Shown: positions 60,086 to 64,000 of the stretch, one piece after another
Layout: each line of letters opens with the position of its first letter
How positions within the stretch are numbered: position 1 is the first letter of the stretch
NCBI GenBank assembly: GCA_012862495.1
Contig: BLSG01000197.1
Span: 62,591-126,590 of the forward strand
Origin: Thraustochytrium aureum
Taxonomy: Eukaryota
Direction: 5' to 3'
DNA length: 64,000 bases
Translations under genes and position numbers: made by a program
Notes under the pieces: generated by a model
What the model was told of the DNA's origin: nothing
Database searches by the model: none
What the model saw: the letters and a program-made list of their open reading frames with translations, nothing else

Positions 60086-61939
60086 TCATGCCGGCGAGTC
60101 TTGGCCGCCCACGCCGCACACGCAGGAAGCCCCGAGCTCGAGCCTGCCGTTGCAGCACGGAAAGTTTAGCGGCGACAGCCCAAACATCTGGCTCCTAGCA
60201 CGCCGCATCTTCTTCGTGTGCGAGTCGACTGTCTCGTGCAGGCGCAAAAGAGCTGCCTCATAGGCAGCCGCCCCGCCTGGATAGCTCTCGCGAGTGAGCG
60301 GGTTGCGCTCAAACTTGTCGGCGGTCATGTCGAACACGAGGGGGTCGTCCTTGCCGCGGACCTCGAGATCGACGCCGAGACGGCAATCGCAAAGCGAGCC
60401 CCCCCGCCCGCGCATAGAGAACGGCCCATTCGGGCAGCACTCGGTGCACACCGCGGGGTCTGCATCTGCCTGCCACCGCGGAACGAGCAGGTGGAACTTG
60501 ATGACGCGGCCAGGCTCAACGAGCCGGACAGCAGCCAGGTTCTCGCCGCAATAGTGAAACATGGCTCTGTGCGGCGTCCCTCCACCCTCCGTGCCAAACA
60601 GAACGCGCGATATGTCGCGCCCGTCTAGCTCGCGCCCGTCTCGCTCGGCCTCGTGGCCAGCGCCACCAGCGCCCTGCAGGGCCCTGGAGCCTTTGTTGTT
60701 TGCTTGCTGCTGGGTGGCGCGCGGTAGATTTGGTAAGGCCCCGCCGCGCGCGAGCGCAACGAAAGTTGGGAAAATGTCCATGGTCCCGACGAGCTCGTCC
60801 GAAACGCGCCCAGGCTGGATCCTCCCTGGCCAGCGTGCGACGGCTGGAACGCGAAGCCCGCCTTCGTAAGTCTGGCCTTTCGAGCCCTTGAGCCCTCCGG
60901 TTCGCCCAGCGGAGTCGTAGCCTTCTTCTGCAAAGGGCCCATTGTCTGAGGTCAAGACGACGAGCGTGTTGTTATCCACACCCGACGAGCCCAGGGCGCG
61001 CATGATCTGGCCAACTGCATCGTCCATCTCCTCGACGTTGTCTCCAAACGCCCCGCCGAGGCTGCGCCCCTCGAACCGAGCAGAGGCGAAGAGCGGCGTG
61101 TGGACGTGCAGAAACGCGTGCAAGAGAAAGAACGGCTTGCGCGCGCGCACGGCGTTGGCGACAAACTCCAGCGAGTGATCGGTCATGCGCTGGGTTATGT
61201 TTCGCAACGCGAGGGGCTGCTGCACGATTGTCTCGTTCGCCATCAGCATGCAAAAGAGCTTGCCTTCGCCGCTGGAGGGCTCAGCCTGGCACTTGTGCAT
61301 GTTGGTGTACGGTGTCCCGAGCCACGAGTCGTACCCCTTGTTCGTTGGAAGGTAGGCGTACTGCCGCAGCAGCGAACTGATTCCCAGGTGCCATTTGCCG
61401 CTCATACCCGTCGCGTAGCCCTCTTGGCGCAGCGCCTGCGCAAGAGTCTGCTCCGTGTCCGGGATGCCGCCTGTTGACGACGTGAGAGGGAACACACGAA
61501 ACGGAAGCTCGTTTGCGACGAGACCAAAGCGGACCGGCAGCCGCCCTGTTTGCAGCGCGGCGCGCGACGGCGTGCAAATTGAGGCGGCGCTCACCCATTG
61601 CGTCAACTTGACGCCTTCCTCTGCCAGTCTGTCCACGTGCGGAGTTGACACGTTGGTCCGCCCAAAGCAACCGAGATCGCCATACCCGAGATCATCGACA
61701 AAGAAAACGATCAAGTTCGGCCTGAGCGTCTCAACTCTGTTCGCTTGCTCGTTCTGTGACGCGTCCCACGTGGGCTTGCTTTGCCCAGCGTGCGCTGCCA
61801 GCAGCACAACGCTCGCGACACCCAGGGCGACACCAGCCGCACGGCCGGCGGTCAGCCTCGCCTTCGAGCGCCTTGCGCCGCTGCCTTCTGCTGGTGCCGC
61901 CTCAAGGAGCCCCTCCCGTGTAGCAGCCGTCCCATCCAT
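60086..61939 (-). CDS. Arylsulfatase (S1, formylglycine-dependent) with an N-terminal membrane anchor
   Basis: PNLIVFFVDDLGYGD, CTPSRAALQTGR, GKWHLG, HVHTP, TSDNG and YEGGLRVP. Confidence 0.96.
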   Translation of the reverse strand: MDGTAATREGLLEAAPAEGSGARRSKARLTAGRAAGVALGVASVVLLAAHAGQSKPTWDASQNEQANRVETLRPNLIVFFVDDLGYGDLGCFGRTNVSTPHVDRLAEEGVKLTQWVSAASICTPSRAALQTGRLPVRFGLVANELPFRVFPLTSSTGGIPDTEQTLAQALRQEGYATGMSGKWHLGISSLLRQYAYLPTNKGYDSWLGTPYTNMHKCQAEPSSGEGKLFCMLMANETIVQQPLALRNITQRMTDHSLEFVANAVRARKPFFLLHAFLHVHTPLFASARFEGRSLGGAFGDNVEEMDDAVGQIMRALGSSGVDNNTLVVLTSDNGPFAEEGYDSAGRTGGLKGSKGQTYEGGLRVPAVARWPGRIQPGRVSDELVGTMDIFPTFVALARGGALPNLPRATQQQANNKGSRALQGAGGAGHEAERDGRELDGRDISRVLFGTEGGGTPHRAMFHYCGENLAAVRLVEPGRVIKFHLLVPRWQADADPAVCTECCPNGPFSMRGRGGSLCDCRLGVDLEVRGKDDPLVFDMTADKFERNPLTRESYPGGAAAYEAALLRLHETVDSHTKKMRRARSQMFGLSPLNFPCCNGRLELGASCVCGVGGQDSPA

Positions 61940-62137
61940 GCCGAGCGCCTCGGCAGCCGCCAGTGCAGCGCGGCTTGCTCGTTGAGCACGGAGAAGGCGC
62001 TCAAGTCAAGCGACCGAGGGACTGACCTCGCCCTGCTCCCGCTCAGGCCCGACCGGGCCAACTACGCGTCGCCCGAAAACAGTTCAAGCCGCCGTCGAAG
62101 ATGCCAGCTGCTGCCCCGAAGCGCAGCGCAGTCGCCG

Positions 62138-62138
62138 G

Positions 62139-62178
<40 letters not shown>

Positions 62179-62179
62179 C
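62138..62179. repeat. (GCAG)n microsatellite upstream of the sulfatase
   Basis: About 10 gcag units. Confidence 0.95.
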
Positions 62180-62636
62180 GCCCAGATCTTGTGCAAATCC
62201 AATCTTGCTCGAGATTGAAAGAAATCAAGATCAATGAGATTGGTACGAGCGATTGGTGATGGCTTCGTTGATCGGTGGTGCGGCCGTGAATCGCGACGGG
62301 AGCAGAATGGGAGACGGTGACGGCGGCGACGCGCCCACAATCCCGCGCGAGGACTGCGCAGCAGCAACTGGTGCCGCGAAGGAACTGGGTGGGCTTCGTG
62401 GGTGCTGCGCGACGCTTTCGGTTTTGCTGCGGGCTTGGCGTCTGGAGAGGACCGCCACCGCGTGGGGAAAGTCGACGGCAAAGACGACAAGGTGGCCCAA
62501 GCAGAGCTCGCAGTTGAGTCTCCACTCTCTGGGGCTCTCCGCTCGTTGACACGTCGGCACCGGGCGAAGAAGCGCCGCTATTGGCCAATCCTGAGCGCCG
62601 GTTGGGATGGCCAAGGCGAGCATCGGTCACGAAAGC

Positions 62637-63780
62637 ATGTGGATAGAAGGGTTTTCGCCGAAGAAGGTTTGGCTGGCATGTGTCGGTCTTAGCTTCCTTG
62701 GCATTCTGGCGTCGCGCGTGTCTATCGAGGAAAGCACCTGGGGCGCTGCGCCGTTGGTGAAGAGGTGGATAGCCCCACCCCACACGAACACGCGGGGCAA
62801 GTTGTTGGTCGCGCCGGCTGCCGTCCCGCTGACTCGCGGAGCGAAAGCCAGAAAACCCCGCCGAAGCGCACGGAGAGCGACACAGACAACAGCGCCAAGA
62901 CAAGCGGCGCGGTCACACTGCACTATATAGGAGCAGACGACCTGCCTGCCGGGGACGGGGACTGCTACGCGGAGGCCGCCAAGCACGTCCNNNNNNNNNN
63001 NNNNNNNNNNNNNNNNNNNNNNNNNNNNNNNNNNNNNNNNNNNNNNNNNNNNNNNNNNNNNNNNNNNNNNNNNNNNNNNNNNNNNNNNNNNNNNNNNNNN
63101 NNNNNNNNNNNNNNNNNNNNNNNNNNNNNNNNNNNNNNNNNNNNNNNNNNNNNNNNNNNNNNNNNNNNNNNNNNNNNNNNNNNNNNNNNNNNNNNNNNNN
63201 NNNNNNNNNNNNNNNNNNNNNNNNNNNNNNNNNNNNNNNNNNNNNNNNNNNNNNNNNNNNNNNNNNNNNNNNNNNNNNNNNNNNNNNNNNNNNNNNNNNN
63301 NNNNNNNNNNNNNNNNNNNNNNNNNNNNNNNNNNNNNNNNNNNNNNNNNNNNNNNNNNNNNNNNNNNNNNNNNNNNNNNNNNNNNNNNNNNNNNNNNNNN
63401 NNNNNNNNNNNNNNNNNNNNNNNNNNNNNNNNNNNNNNNNNNNNNNNNNNNNNNNNNNNNNNNNNNNNNNNNNNNNNNNNNNNNNNNNNNNNNNNNNNNN
63501 NNNNNNNNNNNNNNNNNNNNNNNNNNNNNNGTTCGTCGGCGTGGGGCGCGACCACTTTGAGAGCAGGATCTCGCCCGAGTTCGTAGCTTCGTTTAGGTCC
63601 CATCGAGGAACCTATTCTGGCCGAAAATGGTCGACGCAGCAGGCGACGTATTTTTCCAAATCCGTGCGGCACAGCCCTGTCGTCGTCGAGGCCTTCCACA
63701 CGTTTGGGTACACTGACGATCCAGTTCAGCCTTGGAAGCGCCGCGGGGTGTGCCTCGAGCAACCTTTTCTTCGCGTTTAA
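62637..63780 (+). CDS. Hypothetical type II membrane protein, possibly sulfotransferase-like (middle lost in gap 62991-63530)
   Basis: ATG at 62637 with TM VWLACVGLSFLGILA, and a probable indel at ~62855. The post-gap frame ends ...YSGRKW...EAFHTFGY...stop at 63780. Confidence 0.5.
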
Positions 63781-64000
63781 GGCGCCAAACGCAGTAGCGA
63801 TGCCAGCCCAAGCTAATTGATGGACTCCATGTGATTGGGGTTGTTGCTGCGCTGCGCTAAAACAGACGGAAGGCCTGACCGACCTGATCTCAAAGGGATG
63901 AACGAAACGGCGTTGCCGAACCCACCAAGGTTCGGCAGCACCAACAGGGTCGTCTCGCTGCGCCACGGAGGCGGCTGGCTGGAGGGGACCCAGCCCAGCC

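Overview
GC-rich, gene-dense eukaryotic draft scaffold with many N-gaps and a few short GT-AG introns. The compact layout and gene content suggest a protist, possibly a stramenopile such as a labyrinthulomycete (inference only). About 24 protein-coding genes can be supported. In order: a polycystin-2/TRPP-like channel running off the left edge, a bZIP factor, mitochondrial EF-Ts and ribosomal protein L3, a giant (~10.5 kb) multi-pass Cys-rich surface protein, an exostosin/GT47-like glycosyltransferase, an HVA22/REEP protein, an EGF-7TM receptor, PPCS, a CCR4-like EEP protein with an inserted FN3 domain, a DOMON protein, a gamma-tubulin complex component (GCP5-like), an LRR-PAN multipass protein, pirin, a tubby-like protein, a BUD23-like methyltransferase, a CRAL-TRIO protein, a TLC-domain protein and an arylsulfatase, plus several hypothetical proteins. 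Many genes, including essential ones, are broken by single-base indels, mostly in homopolymer runs, which are most likely assembly errors. No rRNA, tRNA, CRISPR array or intact transposon was recognised. The most notable items are the giant mosaic receptor, the probable pseudo-nuclease with nested FN3, the polycystin with a divergent pore, the EGF-7TM and LRR-PAN-XK-like receptors, a DOMON domain with a Met-to-His ligand swap, and a small dispersed repeat family. All domain calls come from reading motifs by eye, with no database searches.
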